A stretch of 63,979 bases of DNA, the filler included, from Chiloscyllium plagiosum (lineage: Eukaryota), in assembly GCF_004010195.1 (NCBI RefSeq). It is 4 parts of one record of this genome, joined end to end, with 100 filler letters (N's around TTAATTAATTAA, not from the genome) between each part and the next. Parts side by side here need not be neighbours in the genome. Positions count along the whole stretch, not along the records: positions 1 to 29,389 come from NC_057716.1; 3 more parts are not named here. One strand, 5' to 3'. Below the pieces are notes generated by a model. It was given only the letters and a program-made list of their open reading frames with translations, was not told the origin of the DNA and made no database searches. Each line of letters begins with the position of its first letter. Positions within the stretch are counted from its first letter, which is position 1. The position numbers and the translations under genes are program-made. Below are positions 1 to 12,559 of the stretch, one piece after another.

Positions 1-306
1 AACCAGAGGACAAAGCTTAAAAATACGGGGTAGGCCATTTAGGACAGAGATGAGGAGAAAGTTCTTCACCCAGAGAGTGGTGGCTGTGTGGAATGCTCTG
101 CCCCAGAGGGCAGTGGAGGCCCAGTTTCTGGATTCATTTAAGAAAGAGTTGGGTAGAGCTCTCAAGGACAGTGGAATCAAGGATTATGGAGATAAGGCAG
201 GAACAGGATACTGATTAAGGATGATCAGCCATGATCATATTGAATGGTGGTGCAGGCTCGAAGGGCAGAATGGCCTACTCCTGCACCTATTGTCTATTGT
301 CTATTG
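1..306 (+). mobile_element. CR1-type LINE 3' end
   Basis: Encodes the CR1 ORF2 C-terminus (FFTQRVVAVWNALP), then a 3' UTR and a (ctattgt)n tail. Near-identical to 61883-62233. Confidence 0.85.
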
Positions 307-1560
307 AATTCCCTGGCTGTAGTCTGTTTGGCTTGTTCTATAATAGTAGTGTTGTCCCAGTCAAACTCATGTTGCTTGTCATCTGCGTGTGTGGCTACTA
401 AGGATAGCTGGTCGTGTCGTTTCGTGGCTAGTTGGTGTTCATGGATGCGGATCGTTAGCTGTCTTCCTGTTTGTCCTATATTGTGTTTTGTGCAGTCCTT
501 TCATGGGATTTTGTATACTACGTTGGTTTTGCACATGCTGGGCATCGGGTCCTTTGTCCTGGTGAGTTGTTGTCTGAGAGTGGCTGTTGGTTTGTGTGAT
601 GTTATGAGTCCTAGTGGTCGTAGTAGTCTGGCTGTCAGTTCAGAAATGTTCTTGATGTATGGTAAAGTGGCTAGTCCTTTGGGTTGTGGCATATCCTCAT
701 TCTGTTGTCTTTCCCTTGTGGCCCTTTTGAACAGTGTCTTAATGCAACTTCTTTTGTGTGTGTTGGGGTAGTTGCTTTCGTAGTTTAGGACTTGGTCTGT
801 GTGTGTGGCTTTCCTGTATACCTTTGTGGTGAATTCTCCATTCGATGTTCTCTGTACCATCACGTCTAGGAATGGGAGTTGGTTGTCCTTTTCTTCCTCT
901 CTGAATCGGATTCCTGTCAGTGTGGCGTTGATGATCCAGTGTGTTTTCTCTATTTGTGTTTTTAATGATTACAAAGGTGTCGTCCACATATCTGACCCAG
1001 AGTTTGGGTTGAATTTGCGGTAAGACTGTTTGTTCTAATCTTTGCATTACTGCTTCTGCTAGTGTACAAAATCCCATGCAAGGACTGCACAAAACACTAC
1101 ATAGGCCAAACAGGAAGACAGCTAACGATCCACATCCATGAACACCAACTAGCCACGAAACGACACGGCCAGCTATCCTTAGTAGCCACACACGCAGATG
1201 ACAAGCAACATGAGTTTGACTGGGACAACACTACTATTATAGAACAAGCCAAACAGAGAACAGCCAGGGAGTTCCTAGACGAATGGCACTCATCCACAGA
1301 TTAAATCAATAAGAACATCGATCTGGACCCAATATACCGACCACTGCAGCGGACAGCTGGAACTGACAACTGGAAGCGGCAGATACAAACCACTACAAAT
1401 GCTGGAGGAAAGATCACAGAAGCGCTTCACAGGAGGCTCCCAAGCACTGAGGATGTCACCTTGACAGGGGACGAAACGTCTGCAACACAAATTCCCAGTT
1501 CGGCGAACAGAACCACAACAATGAGCACCCGAGCTACAAATCTTCGCACATACTTTGAAT
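306..1560. mobile_element. Penelope-like element with inverted arrangement (RT C-terminus and GIY-YIG on minus, GIY-YIG and pLTR on plus)
   Basis: Minus ORFs contain WVRYVDDTF and VYRKATHTDQVL. Plus ORF 1062-1304 has YKIPCKDCTKHYIGQTGR (GIY-YIG). 306-518 is the reverse complement of about 1062-1275. Confidence 0.85.
1444..1483 (+). ncRNA. Minimal type-I hammerhead ribozyme motif in Penelope pLTR
   Basis: gca-CTGAGGA-t-gtcacc...ggggac-GAAACGTC-tgc: conserved core, stem II, and gca/tgc stem I. Confidence 0.65.
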
Positions 1561-2024
1561 AAATATCAGATATTTTGAACAGTTAGCCAGAGTGGCAAAC
1601 AGTACTACCAAAAGCCCAACAAATGTAGGCTGCTAGTAAGAGCTCTCTGAGAGGTACCTGTCTGGAGAAGGAGTTTGCACAGAGAAAATATTGAAACCGA
1701 CCTGGAGAGAGAATCTACAGAGGTAACTCAGTAAAGCTGACTGGTTTTGAAATGTGATAATTTTCTGGAAATCGTAATCAGGAATTTCTTTATTGGACTA
1801 GTATTGTAGAGGGGTAGGTAAAAGATATGTTTAAGAGAAAGGAGTTGGAAATAGTTGTTAGTTAATATTCTATGTTAGACTTAAAAAAAAAGTCAATTTT
1901 TACTTTAAATAGTGGCTTTTGGGATAGTTCTTTGCCTCTTGAATGTTAACAAATTACAGTACGGGGTGAATCTTATCTGTGACGCTGGGTTAAATTAGCA
2001 GAGGGGTTCACACCTTGTTGTAAC
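1560..2024 (+). mobile_element. Possible solo-LTR remnant
   Basis: Non-coding segment ending ...ttgttgtaaca, an LTR-like terminus, abutting a CR1. No partner LTR seen. Confidence 0.25.
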
Positions 2025-2029
2025 ATTAT

Positions 2030-3025
2030 CTATATCAGTGATTTGAATGAGGATGTACAAGACATGATTTGTAAGTTTGCAGATGACACTTAAATAGGCA
2101 GTATTGTGGACAGTGAGGAAGGTTCTCAGAAATTGCAGCATGACCTTTATCAGCTGGGGAAGTGGGCTGAGAAATGGCAAACGGAGTTTAATAAAGATAA
2201 GTGTGAGGTCTTGCATTTTGAAAAGTCAAACCAAGGTAGGAGTTTCATAGTGAATGGAAGAGCCTTAAGGAGTGTAGTGGAACAGAGGGACCTTGGAGTT
2301 CAGGTGCACGATTTTATGAAAGTGGAGTCCCAGGTAGACAGGGCAGTGAAGAGGGTTTTTGGCACACTGGCCTTCAGTCAGGGCATTGAGTATAGAAGTT
2401 GGGAAGTTATGTTGCAGTTATACAGTTATACAGGACATTGGTGAGGCCGCACTTGGAGTATTGTGATCAGTTTTGGTCACCTTGCTACAGGAAGGATGTT
2501 ATTAAACTGGAAAGAGTGCAGAAGAAATTTACAAGGATGTTGCCGGGACTCAACGGTCTGAGTTATATGGAGAGGTTGGACAGGCTAGGACTTTTTCCTT
2601 TAGAGTGTATGAGACTGAGGAGGGAATCTTGTAGAAGTATATAAGATCATGAGAGGCATGGATAGGGTGAATGCACTCAGTCTTTTTCCCAGGGTTGGAT
2701 AGGGTGAATGCACTCAGTCTTTTTCCCAGGGTTGGGAAATCAATGACTCGAGGGCATCAGTTTAAGGCTAGAGGGTAAAGAATAAAAGGGAACCTGAGGT
2801 GCAATTTGTTTTACACAGAGAGTGGTACGCATATGGAATGAGCTGCCAGCGGAAGTGGTTGAGGCGAGTAATTAACAACATTTCAACAGTATTTAGACAA
2901 ATACATGAACAGGAAAGGTTTAGACGGATATGGGCCAAGTGCAGGGAAATGGGGTTAGCATGGATAGACCGATTTGGGCCAAAGGGCCTCTCTCTGTGCT
3001 GTCGGAGTCTATGACTCTGTGATTC
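2030..3025 (+). mobile_element. CR1 LINE, 5'-truncated (RT C-terminus and 3' UTR)
   Basis: KFADDT, W..KWQ.EFN.DKCEVLHF and LVRPHLEYC motifs with stops; ctatgact tail. Confidence 0.9.
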
Positions 3026-3439
3026 GAGGTCACATTCCCATATGCTCTCACTTCAGCTGCTTTAAAAGGCAAGTTCCTTGCATTGATACAGATACAATTG
3101 GCCTACTCTTGTTCTTGTTTCCCAAAGATTCACTTCGGTAAGGGCTCATGTAATTCTGCACACTAAATGTGGATCACTGTCCAATGTGGCATTTGGCACC
3201 ATTCTACTATGGAATTAACATGTGTACTTGTCCTGTTAGATGTCAATTTTACAAAAATAAAACAGGTCAGCACCATCCACCATTCAAAGCCATCATGTTT
3301 CTTAAGGATTCACTAATTGTCTGACAGTGGGCACGAATGATTCTTTGAAACAGTTCAACAATAATCTGACCTCTGAAGACAAATGGTAACAGAAGTGTCT
3401 GGCTGAATGGCACTCCCAACTCTGCTATAGCATAAATTG

Positions 3440-4572
3440 ATCAGTACTGAGGGAGTGCTGCACTGTCAGAGGGTCAGTACTGAGGGAATGTTGCACTGTC
3501 AGAGGGTCAGTAATGAGGGAGTGCAGCACTGTCGGAGGGTCAGTGCTGAGGAAGTGCTGCATTGTCAGAGGGTCAGTACTGAGAGAGTGCAGAACTGTCA
3601 GAGGGTCAGTGCTGAGGGAGTGCTGCACTGTCAGAGGGTCAGTGCTGAGGGAGTGCTGCATTATCAGAGGGTCAGTACTGAGGGAGTGCAGCACTTCGGA
3701 GGGTCAGTGCTGAGGGAGTGCTGCACTGTCAGAGGGTCAGTGCTGAGAGAGTGCTACACCTTTGGAGGGTCAGTGCTGAGGGAGTGCTGCACTGTCGTAG
3801 AGTCTGTACTGAGGGAGTGCCATGCTGTCAGAGGATCAGCACTGAGAGAGTGCCGCACTGTCAGAGGGTCAGTACTGAGGGAATGTTGCACTGTCAGAGG
3901 GTCAGTACTGAGGGAGTGCTGAAATGTCAGAGGGTCAGTACTGAGGGAGTGCTGCACTGTTAGAGGGTCAGTACTGAGGGAATGTTGCGCTGTCAGAGGG
4001 TCAGTAATGAGGGAGTGCAGCACTGTTGGAGGGTCAGTGCTGAGGGAATGCTGCATTGTCAGAGGGTCAGTGCTGAGGGAGTGCAGCACTGTCAGAGGGT
4101 CAGTACTGAGGGAGCACTGTACTGTTGGAGGGTCAGTACTGAGGGAGTGCTGTACTATCAGAGGGTCAGTATTGATGGAGTGCTACACTATCCAACGGTC
4201 AGTCCTGAGGGAGTACTATACTGTCAGGGGATCAGTACTAAGAGAGCACTGCATTGTTGGAGGGTCTGTCCTGAGGGAGTTCCGCACTGTTGGACGGTCA
4301 GTACTAAGTGAATCTTGTACTGTCAGAGGGTCAATACTAAGTGAATCTTGTACTGTCAGAGAGGCAGGGCTGACGGAGTGCTGCACTGTTGGAGAGCCAG
4401 TACTGAGGGAGTGCTGAAATGTCAGAGGGTCAGTACTGAGGGAATGTTGCACTGTCAGAGGGTCAGTACTGAGGGAGTGCTGTACTGTCAGGGGGTCAGT
4501 ACTGAGGGAATGTTGCACTGTCAGAGGGTCAGTCCTGAGGGAATGCCGCACTGTCGGAGGGTCAGTACTCAG
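3440..4572. repeat. 32-bp minisatellite (gagggtcagtactgagggagtgctgcactgtc), left part
   Basis: About 35 tandem degenerate units, giving the repetitive ORFs in several frames. Confidence 0.95.
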
Positions 4573-5393
4573 TGTCACAAAGCTGGTCCCTTTTTTCTCA
4601 AAGCTATTCCTTTTCTCAAAGATACTCTGTCCTTGATTTTTTTTCAAAGGATGGGCTCCGATCAGTCTGGTTTGGTACAGAGATAAAAAAAAAAATTGAG
4701 AGGCCTTTTATTAATATGTAAACAGATGAGACTTCTGGCCAAAGTGGTCATGTTTTAGAAGTCACCTGTATAAAGAAAGGGGAGTGGTCAGCTCGCTAGT
4801 TGAGGAGTTCAGTCCAGAACTAGTTAGGAGTTCAACTGTGTGGAAACAGACTGATAAACCCTCCCTACAGACTGATAAACCCTGGAAACAGACTGATAAA
4901 CCCTCTCTACAGACTGATAAACCCTGGAAACAGACTGATAAACCCTGGAAACAGACTGATAAACCCTGGAAACAGACTGATAAACCCTCCCTACAGACTG
5001 ATAAACCCTGGAAACAGACTGATAAACCCTGGAAACAGACTGATAAACCCTGGAAACAGACTGATAAACCCTCTCTCTCCTTCTCCCCTTCTAACTTCAA
5101 TCTGTCAGCACTTGTTCCATTTTTACTGTTTTTAAAGGAGTTTGCTTATTGGGACTGTTGTGTATATTCCGAACAGCATCATTAAGTCCAGTTTGGGTAG
5201 ACTGAGTTCTGTCTTTCTTTTTCTGTTCTTTGTGTTTCATTGTGTAATTTTGTGCACAAATTTTTGTCTGTTTTAAAACCAGGTCGCGAACCTAGCTAAC
5301 TTATCCTGGGCAATTTTAATTGTACACTTACAAAGTTATGGGCTGGGTTGCCTGCTGAACAATGTTTTGAGTGGTCTGGCCTAGTCCATAACA
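4573..5393 (+). repeat. 5' LTR
   Basis: tgtcacaaagctggtccc...ctagtccataaca; homologous to 11960-12559. Confidence 0.88.
4841..5072. repeat. 21-bp tandem repeat inside the 5' LTR (ggaaacagactgataaaccct / ccctacagactgataaaccct)
   Basis: About 11 units of two variants; not expanded in the 3' LTR. Confidence 0.9.
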
Positions 5394-5407
5394 GAGTGGG
5401 GGCTTTT
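5394..5407 (+). other. Primer-binding site (tRNA-Pro-like tgggggct)
   Basis: TGGGGGCT lies 3 nt after the 5' LTR end. Confidence 0.6.
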
Positions 5408-5851
5408 GTGGGATTTTAAACAGTGAGTGGCAGGTGCTAGTGTCTTTATTTCGGGTGTTGGTTCGGGTGGGCAGACAAAGCTTGGGATAGGCATGGTTCT
5501 TTCAGCCACCAAAGGTTTTCTGGATGTGGATGCAGTGACTTTGGAAGTTTTGCAAAAGGTGAATAAAACCAAGCAGACCAGCTGGGATTGGAGCTGCCTG
5601 CTCCTGTGAGGAAAGGAGAGATAATTACAGCAGTCGCTCAGCATTTAAACTTACCAGAGAAACCATCAGAATCTATCAGAGATGGCAAGGTTCAATTGAA
5701 GCAGCTTGAATTCGAGGAAAATGATAAGGAAAGGGCAGCAGAAATGAAACAGTTTGAGTTACAATTAAAAGCAGAAGAGAGGGAAAAAGCGAGAGCAGTA
5801 GAAGAGATGGAAAAAGAGTGTGTGTTTGAACTTCAGAAACTGACACTTAAA

Positions 5852-7378
5852 AAGGAAAAAGTGAGGATGGCAGATGTTGGAAACCAGAGTTTAGATCAGA
5901 GTGGTGCTGGAAAAGCACATCAGTTCAGGCAGCGTCCAAGGAGCAGGAAAAATCGACGTTTTGGGCAAAAGCCCTTCATCAGGAATAGAGACAGGAAGCC
6001 TCCAGGGTGGTGAGATAAACGGTGGGGGTGGAGCTGGGGAGAAGGTAGCAAAGAGTACAATGGGTGGGGATGGAGGTGATAGGTCAGAGGGGAGGGTGGA
6101 GCGGATAGATGGGAAGGAAGATAGGCAGGTAGGACAGGTCATGGGGACGGTGCTGAGCTGGAANNNNNNNNNNNNNNNNNNNNNNNNNNNNNNNNNNNNN
6201 NNNNNNNNNNNNNNNNNNNNNNNNNNNNNNNNNNNNNNNNNNNNNNNNNNNNNNNNNNNNNNNNNNNNNNNNNNNNNNNNNNNNNNNNNNNNNNNNNNNN
6301 NNNNNNNNNNNNNNNNNNNNNNNNNNNNNNNNNNNNNNNNNNNNNNNNNNNNNNNNNNNNNNNNNNNNNNNNNNNNNNNNNNNNNNNNNNNNNNNNNNNN
6401 NNNNNNNNNNNNNNNNNNNNNNNNNNNNNNNNNNNNNNNNNNNNNNNNNNNNNNNNNNNNNNNNNNNNNNNNNNNNNNNNNNNNNNNNNNNNNNNNNNNN
6501 NNNNNNNNNNNNNNNNNNNNNNNNNNNNNNNNNNNNNNNNNNNNNNNNNNNNNNNNNNNNNNNNNNNNNNNNNNNNNNNNNNNNNNNNNNNNNNNNNNNN
6601 NNNNNNNNNNNNNNNNNNNNNNNNNNNNNNNNNNNNNNNNNNNNNNNNNNNNNNNNNNNNNNNNNNNNNNNNNNNNNNNNNNNNNNNNNNNNNNNNNNNN
6701 NNNNNNNNNNNNNNNNNNNNNNNNNNNNNNNNNNNNNNNNNNNNNNNNNNNNNNNNNNNNNNNNNNNNNNNNNNNNNNNNNNNNNNNNNNNNNNNNNNNN
6801 NNNNNNNNNNNNNNNNNNNNNNNNNNNNNNNNNNNNNNNNNNNNNNNNNNNNNNNNNNNNNNNNNNNNNNNNNNNNNNNNNNNNNNNNNNNNNNNNNNNN
6901 NNNNNNNNNNNNNNNNNNNNNNNNNNNNNNNNNNNNNNNNNNNNNNNNNNNNNNNNNNNNNNNNNNNNNNNNNNNNNNNNNNNNNNNNNNNNNNNNNNNN
7001 NNNNNNNNNNNNNNNNNNNNNNNNNNNNNNNNNNNNNNNNNNNNNNNNNNNNNNNNNNNNNNNNNNNNNNNNNNNNNNNNNNNNNNNNNNNNNNNNNNNN
7101 NNNNNNNNNNNNNNNNNNNNNNNNNNNNNNNNNNNNNNNNNNNNTCCCGACCTCTCCGCCCCCACCCCCGTCTGACCTATCACCCTCACCTTGACCTCTT
7201 TCCACCTATCACATTTCCGACGCCCCTCCCCCAAGTCCCTCCTCCCTACCCTTTATCTTAGCCTGCTGGACAAACTTTCCCCATTCCTGAAGAAGGGCTT
7301 ATGCCCGAAACGTCGATTCTCCTGTTCCTTGGATGCTGCCTGACCTGCTGTGCTTTTCCAGCAACACATTTCAGCTAG
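5852..7378. mobile_element. Penelope-derived inverted-terminal element(s) interrupting gag, spanning an N-gap
   Basis: Left arm gtggtgctggaaaagcac...gcccttcatcagg. Right arm cctgaagaagggcttatgcccgaaacgtcg...cttttccagcaacac. The arms differ slightly, so these may be two insertions. Confidence 0.7.
7287..7314 (+). ncRNA. Minimal hammerhead ribozyme motif
   Basis: CTGAAGA-a-gggc-ttat-gccc-GAAACGTC. Confidence 0.6.
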
Positions 7379-10300
7379 TAACAAAAAGCACAAGGGAAGT
7401 TAGACAACTGCCTCAGAGTGTACAAGATGATCAGAGGTTGGTTAAGGAGGAAGTGCCAGATCTGCTTAAAAAAAATACATGCAAGGGTAATTATTATTCA
7501 CATAGGCCAGGAGTAGTAAGTAAGGAGGTTACAATATTAAGGGACACAGGATCTTCTCAGTGTGAAGGATGAGGATATATGTACTCCTGAGGGACTATTG
7601 CCAGAAAAAGTACTGGTCACAGGAATTCATGGTGAGACAAAAAACACTCAATTGTGTAAAGTGAGGCTGGAAAGTCCAGAGAAGAGTGGAGAATCTGTGG
7701 TAGGTGTACTGGACAAACTCTCAGCTCCAGGATTACAATTTATTCTTGCAAATGATATCGCTGATTCACCGGTAGGCGTGCTGCCTACTCTAGTTGAAAA
7801 GCCAGTGGAGGCACAGTCAACTATTTATCCAGGATTTTTCCCAGATTGTGTGATCACAAGATCACAAAGGCACAATTGAAGCAGGAGAGATCAAAAGGCA
7901 CAGATAAGGAAGCTGACCTAGTGTTCTCCGAAACCTGCTTCAATCAGATATGTGGAACAGAGAAGGAGCAAATAGGTAAACATACAAACATCTTTAGTGC
8001 TGTTATGCTTATTGAGCTACAGCAGAAAGATGAGAAGTTAAAACAGTTATATCAAAAGGCATTGACAGAGAAAGAGAGTGAATGCATCTCTGTGTGTAAT
8101 TACTTAACAAATGATGTATTAATGAGGAAATGGAGACCATCACTCAGTCAAGCAAATGAGAAATGGGCAGAGATTCATTAAATTATTTTGCCAGGAAGGT
8201 ATAGAAAGGAGGTGCTGTGAGTGGTACATGAGCTACCACTTGGAGGTCATTTAGGGGTGAGGAAAACACAGGCTAAAATATAAAGACATTTTTACTGGCC
8301 TGGACTACACAAGGATGTAGTTGAATTTTGCCAGATGTGTTATACATGTCAGCTAATCGGAAAACCCACAGGCAGTAATAAAATCTGTAGCTTTAATACC
8401 TATTCCAGCATTTGAGGAACCTTTCACAAGAGTCTTGATTGATTGTTTAGGTCCCCTACCTCAAACAAAAAGTAGGAAGAAGTATTTATTAACAATAATG
8501 GATGTATTGATTAGATTTCCAGAGGCAATCCCATTATACAACATCACAGCTAAAAGGGTTGGAGAAGAATTAGTTACGTTTTTCACTAGATATGGATTAC
8601 CAGTAGAGATCCAGTCAGATCAAGGATTAACTTCACATCCAAACTATTCAAGGAGGTTATGGATTACTTGGGAATAAAGCAATTCAAATCTACTGCAAGT
8701 CAAATCTTTGTTCTTTGTTGTTCATCCAGAATTGCAGGGAGCGTGAGAGAGATGGTATCAAACATTAAAGACCATGTTGAGGGCTTATGGTCAGGATTAT
8801 CCAGATGATTGGGATAAGGGAGTCCCGTTTGTACTTTTCGAGATCAGAGATGCACCAAATGAATTGACCAAATTCAGTTCATTTGAATTAATCTTTGGGC
8901 ATGATGTAAGAGGGCTGTTAAAATTGATGAAGGAGAAATTGATAAGTCAGAATCCAGAGACCACCCATTTGGACTATGTGTCAAATTTTAGAGAATGATT
9001 AAATAGAGCTGGAGAGTTGGCTAGACAGCATTTAAATGTATCCCAGCATACAATGAAACAGGCAGCAGATAAGAAATTACAAATTTACAATTTTACAATT
9101 GGGGATAAGGTATCGGTGTTACTCCCAGTAACAGGTGAGCCTTTAAAAGCAAGATTTAGTGGACCTTATCGAATTGAGAGGAAATTGAGTGAGGTGAACT
9201 ACTTGATAAGGACTCCAGACAGGAAGAAATCCCACAGAGTGTTCTGACTTGGACATTCCTCAAATCAAATTGGACAATGAGGATGTTGTCAAAAATTGGG
9301 ATATATTATTGAGTTATCTTCCACAAGAAAATCAAAATGACCTGAAAGAGATATTACTATCACATGGGGAGATATGCAGAAATAAATTGGGAAGTACTAA
9401 CCTAATTGTACATGATGTAGAAATAGGAGATGCTGTTCCGATTAAGCAACATCCTTATAGACACAACAATCTAAAGTTGGCAGAGGTTCAGAAGGAGATA
9501 GAGTGCATGCTCCAAGATGACATAATCGAAGTGAGTTACAGTGACTGGAGCTCACCCATAGTCATGGTGCCAAAGCCAGATGGTACCCAACGGTCATGTG
9601 TGGACTATCACAAAGTCAATGCTGTCACAAAGACTGATGCATATCCAATTCCATAGTTGGAGGACTGTGTCAGAAATGTGGGGCAAGCAACTTACAATTC
9701 TAAGTTGGACTTGCTCAGAGGCTACAGGCAAGTACCTCTGTCAGAGAAAGCAAAGGCAATTTCAGCTTTCGTAACACCAAATGGACTATATCAGTTCAAA
9801 GTCATGCCATTTGCTATGAAATACGCTCCAGCCACATTTCAGAGACTGACTAATAAGGTCATTGCTAGATTAGCCAACTGCTTGGTGTATATTGATGCCC
9901 TGGTGATTTTTAGTCAATCGTGGAAGGAACATTTACAGCGTTTATCAGACTAGTTCGATCGACTTCAGAAGGCAGACTTGGTGGTAAACCTAGCGAAAAG
10001 TGAATTTGCCAAAACCCAAGTCACCTTCCTGGGCCATGTTATTGGACATGGACAAATGGACCCATGGGATGTGAAAGCAAAAGTAATTGGGGAATTTTCC
10101 ACACTGTCGATGAAAAGAGCAGTACTACGGTTCCTGGGGTGAGGGGGATTTTACCAAATGTTTGCGCCAAACTTTAGCAGTGTGGCTGCTCCACTCACCG
10201 AATTGTTAAAAAAGGGCAAGAAGTTTTAGTGGACAGCAGACTGTCAAAAGGCATTTGACAGCCTAAAAACTGTGTTAACCACTGCCCCAGTATTAGCCAC

Positions 10301-10794
10301 ACAGGATTACACGGAGCCTTTCAAGGGGGCTATCAATGCCTGTGATGTTGGTGTCTGTGCGGTGCTCCGGCAGGAGGATGACGAGGCAATAGAAAGACCC
10401 ATCAGGTATTTTTCCAGAAAGTTGAATCTTCATCAACAGAAATGTTCAGTGGTGGAGAAAGAGACTTTCAGCTTGGTGTTGGCATTCCAACATTTCAGTG
10501 TTTATATTCCCACAATGCATCTGAGACAACTGTATACACTGATCACAACCCATTGATATTTGTGGAGAAATTTAAGGACAAAAATACCAGGCTGTTTAGA
10601 TGGAGCTTGTTGTTGTAGCCGTTCCATTTGACGATTGTGCAGGTGGCAGGTCGCGAAAATGTGATTGCTGATCCGTTATCGAGACTCAAATGAGATACGG
10701 AGGCGTTCGGTGGTGGGTACACTGCGGCCTGAATTTGCATGCGGTTATACATGTTTGCATGTGTGTAGTTAGTATAGTGTATTTGTGTGTCTGT

Positions 10795-11862
10795 AAGTTA
10801 GCTCGCTGAGTTGGAAGGTTTGTTTTCAGACGTTTCGTCACCATACTAGGTAACATAATCAGGGAGCGTGTCTGGTGAATAAAATTCACAAAAGAGGAGG
10901 AGAACAACAACAGACTCCTATTCCTAGATGTGACAGTTGAACGTACAGATAACGGAGAGCTCCAAATCAATGTCTGCAGAGAAACAACAAACACAGACCA
11001 AATACTTAACTTCAGAAGCAATCACCCCAACACCCAAAAAGGGAACTGCATTAAGACATTATTTCAATGAGCTACATCAGACTGCAGAAGCCAAGAACCA
11101 CAAAAAGCAGAAGCAAAATACCTAAACAGTGTTTTCAAGAAAAATGGGTACCCAACAAACACAATCCATTGATTCCTCAGAAACAAACCCAAACAAACAG
11201 ACACAATACAACCAAAACTATAGCCACATTACCTTACATCAAAGACATATTAGAAATTACTTCCAGACTACTCAGACCCCTTGGCATCATGGTAGCCCAC
11301 AAACCTACCAATACACATAAACAGCGACTAATGAACCTGAAGGGTACATTAGATACTACCAGCAAAACTATGTCATTTAATAGATACCATGTAAGAACTG
11401 TAAAAAACACTACATCGGAGAAACTAGCAGGAAACTTGCCACAGGATACATGAACACCAACTGGCCACCAAAAGAGACGACCCACTATCACTAATTTCTA
11501 CACATACAGACAAAGAAGGATGCCACTTTGACTGGGACAACACACGCATCATAGGAGAGGCGAAACAAAGACACGCACAAGAATTCTTAGAGGCCTGGCA
11601 TTCTAACCAGAACCACCAAAAAACGTATCGACTGAGATCCTATCTACCTTCCCTTGAAATAGGAACTGGAAATGACATCACTTTAAGAAACCAAGACCTA
11701 TAAATAGAGAGGCAGGACATACCACCAGCGCATCACTGGAGACTCTCCCTGATGATGTTACCTAGTATAGTGACGAAACATCTGAAAACAAACCTTCAAG
11801 CTCAGCGAGCAAACTTACTGACTTATCACCAACCTGAGGTACAAATCTGCTCAAACATCGCA
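10795..11862 (+). mobile_element. Penelope-like element inserted in the 3' region of the Gmr1 element, with inverted pLTR copy at its left end
   Basis: LPYIKDILE and PLGIMVAHKPTNT motifs and GIY-YIG remnants. 10795-10870 is the reverse complement of about 11745-11822. Hammerhead-like core ctgatgatgttacc...gtgacgaaac at about 11749-11779. Confidence 0.85.
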
Positions 11863-11959
11863 AGTGTGTATGTGTGTTTAGAATTCTAACTGGGATTTCG
11901 ACGGGGCTTAAAAATGAAACCATCTTTTGATATTGTTGATTTTTCTTTAAAGGAGGAGG

Positions 11960-12559
11960 TGTCACAAAATGGTCCCTTTCATTCTCAAAGCTGTTCCTTT
12001 TCTCAAGGATACTGTGTCCTTGGTTTTTTATCAGAGGGGTCCTAAACTGCTCCTGGCTCTGAGGTGGCTAGTTTGGTACAGAGATGAAAAAAGATTTTGA
12101 GAGGCCTTTTGTTTACATATGAACAGATGAGACTTCAGGCCAAAGTGGTCATGGTTTTGAAGTGACCTATGTAATAAAAGGGGAGTGGTCACTTATGAAA
12201 GCTGAGCAGTTCAATCCAGAACTAGTTAGATGTTCAGCTGTGAGCTGTGTGGAAACAGGCTGTGAGACTCTGTCTTCTTCTGCCCTTCTAACTTCAACCT
12301 GTAAGTATTTGTTTCATTTTTACTGTGTTTCAGGGTTTTGCTTATTGGGACTGTTGTGTATATTTGGAACAGCATCATTAAGTCTAGTTTGGATAGAATT
12401 AGTTCTGTAGGGGTTCTTTATTCTGTTCTTTGTGTTTCATTGCATAATTTTACTTACTATAGGTAATTTTCATCACACACTTACTGAAACAAATTGCAAA
12501 GTTATGGTCTGAGTTGCATGCTTAAGAAGGTCTTGAGTGGTCTGGCCTAGTCCACAACA
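11960..12559 (+). repeat. 3' LTR (preceded by PPT aaaggaggagg)
   Basis: tgtcacaaaatggtccc...ctagtccacaaca. Confidence 0.88.

Larger units (their letters stand above)
4573..12559 (+). mobile_element. Full-length degenerate Gmr1-type (Ty3/gypsy) LTR retrotransposon, order gag-PR-IN-RT-RH
   Basis: Two LTRs (TG..CA), PBS and PPT. Protease ILRDTGS at about 7530. Integrase GGHLG/CxxC and IDCLGPLP at 8220-9250. RT PIKQHPYR/SPIVMVPKPDG/PATFQR at 9430-9950. RNase H at 10270-10690. Many stops. Confidence 0.92.

Noticed and set aside
3425..4686. Cys/His-rich repetitive ORFs and CRISPR-like periodicity (also 12522-13996)
   Set aside because: Translations of a 32-bp minisatellite; head-to-tail units with no unique spacers or cas genes, in a vertebrate context.
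4784..5185. WKQTDKP-repeat ORF
   Set aside because: Translation of the 21-bp LTR tandem repeat.
5891..7234. Long ORFs of 373-447 aa (also 42242-42923)
   Set aside because: Open only because they run through N-gaps.
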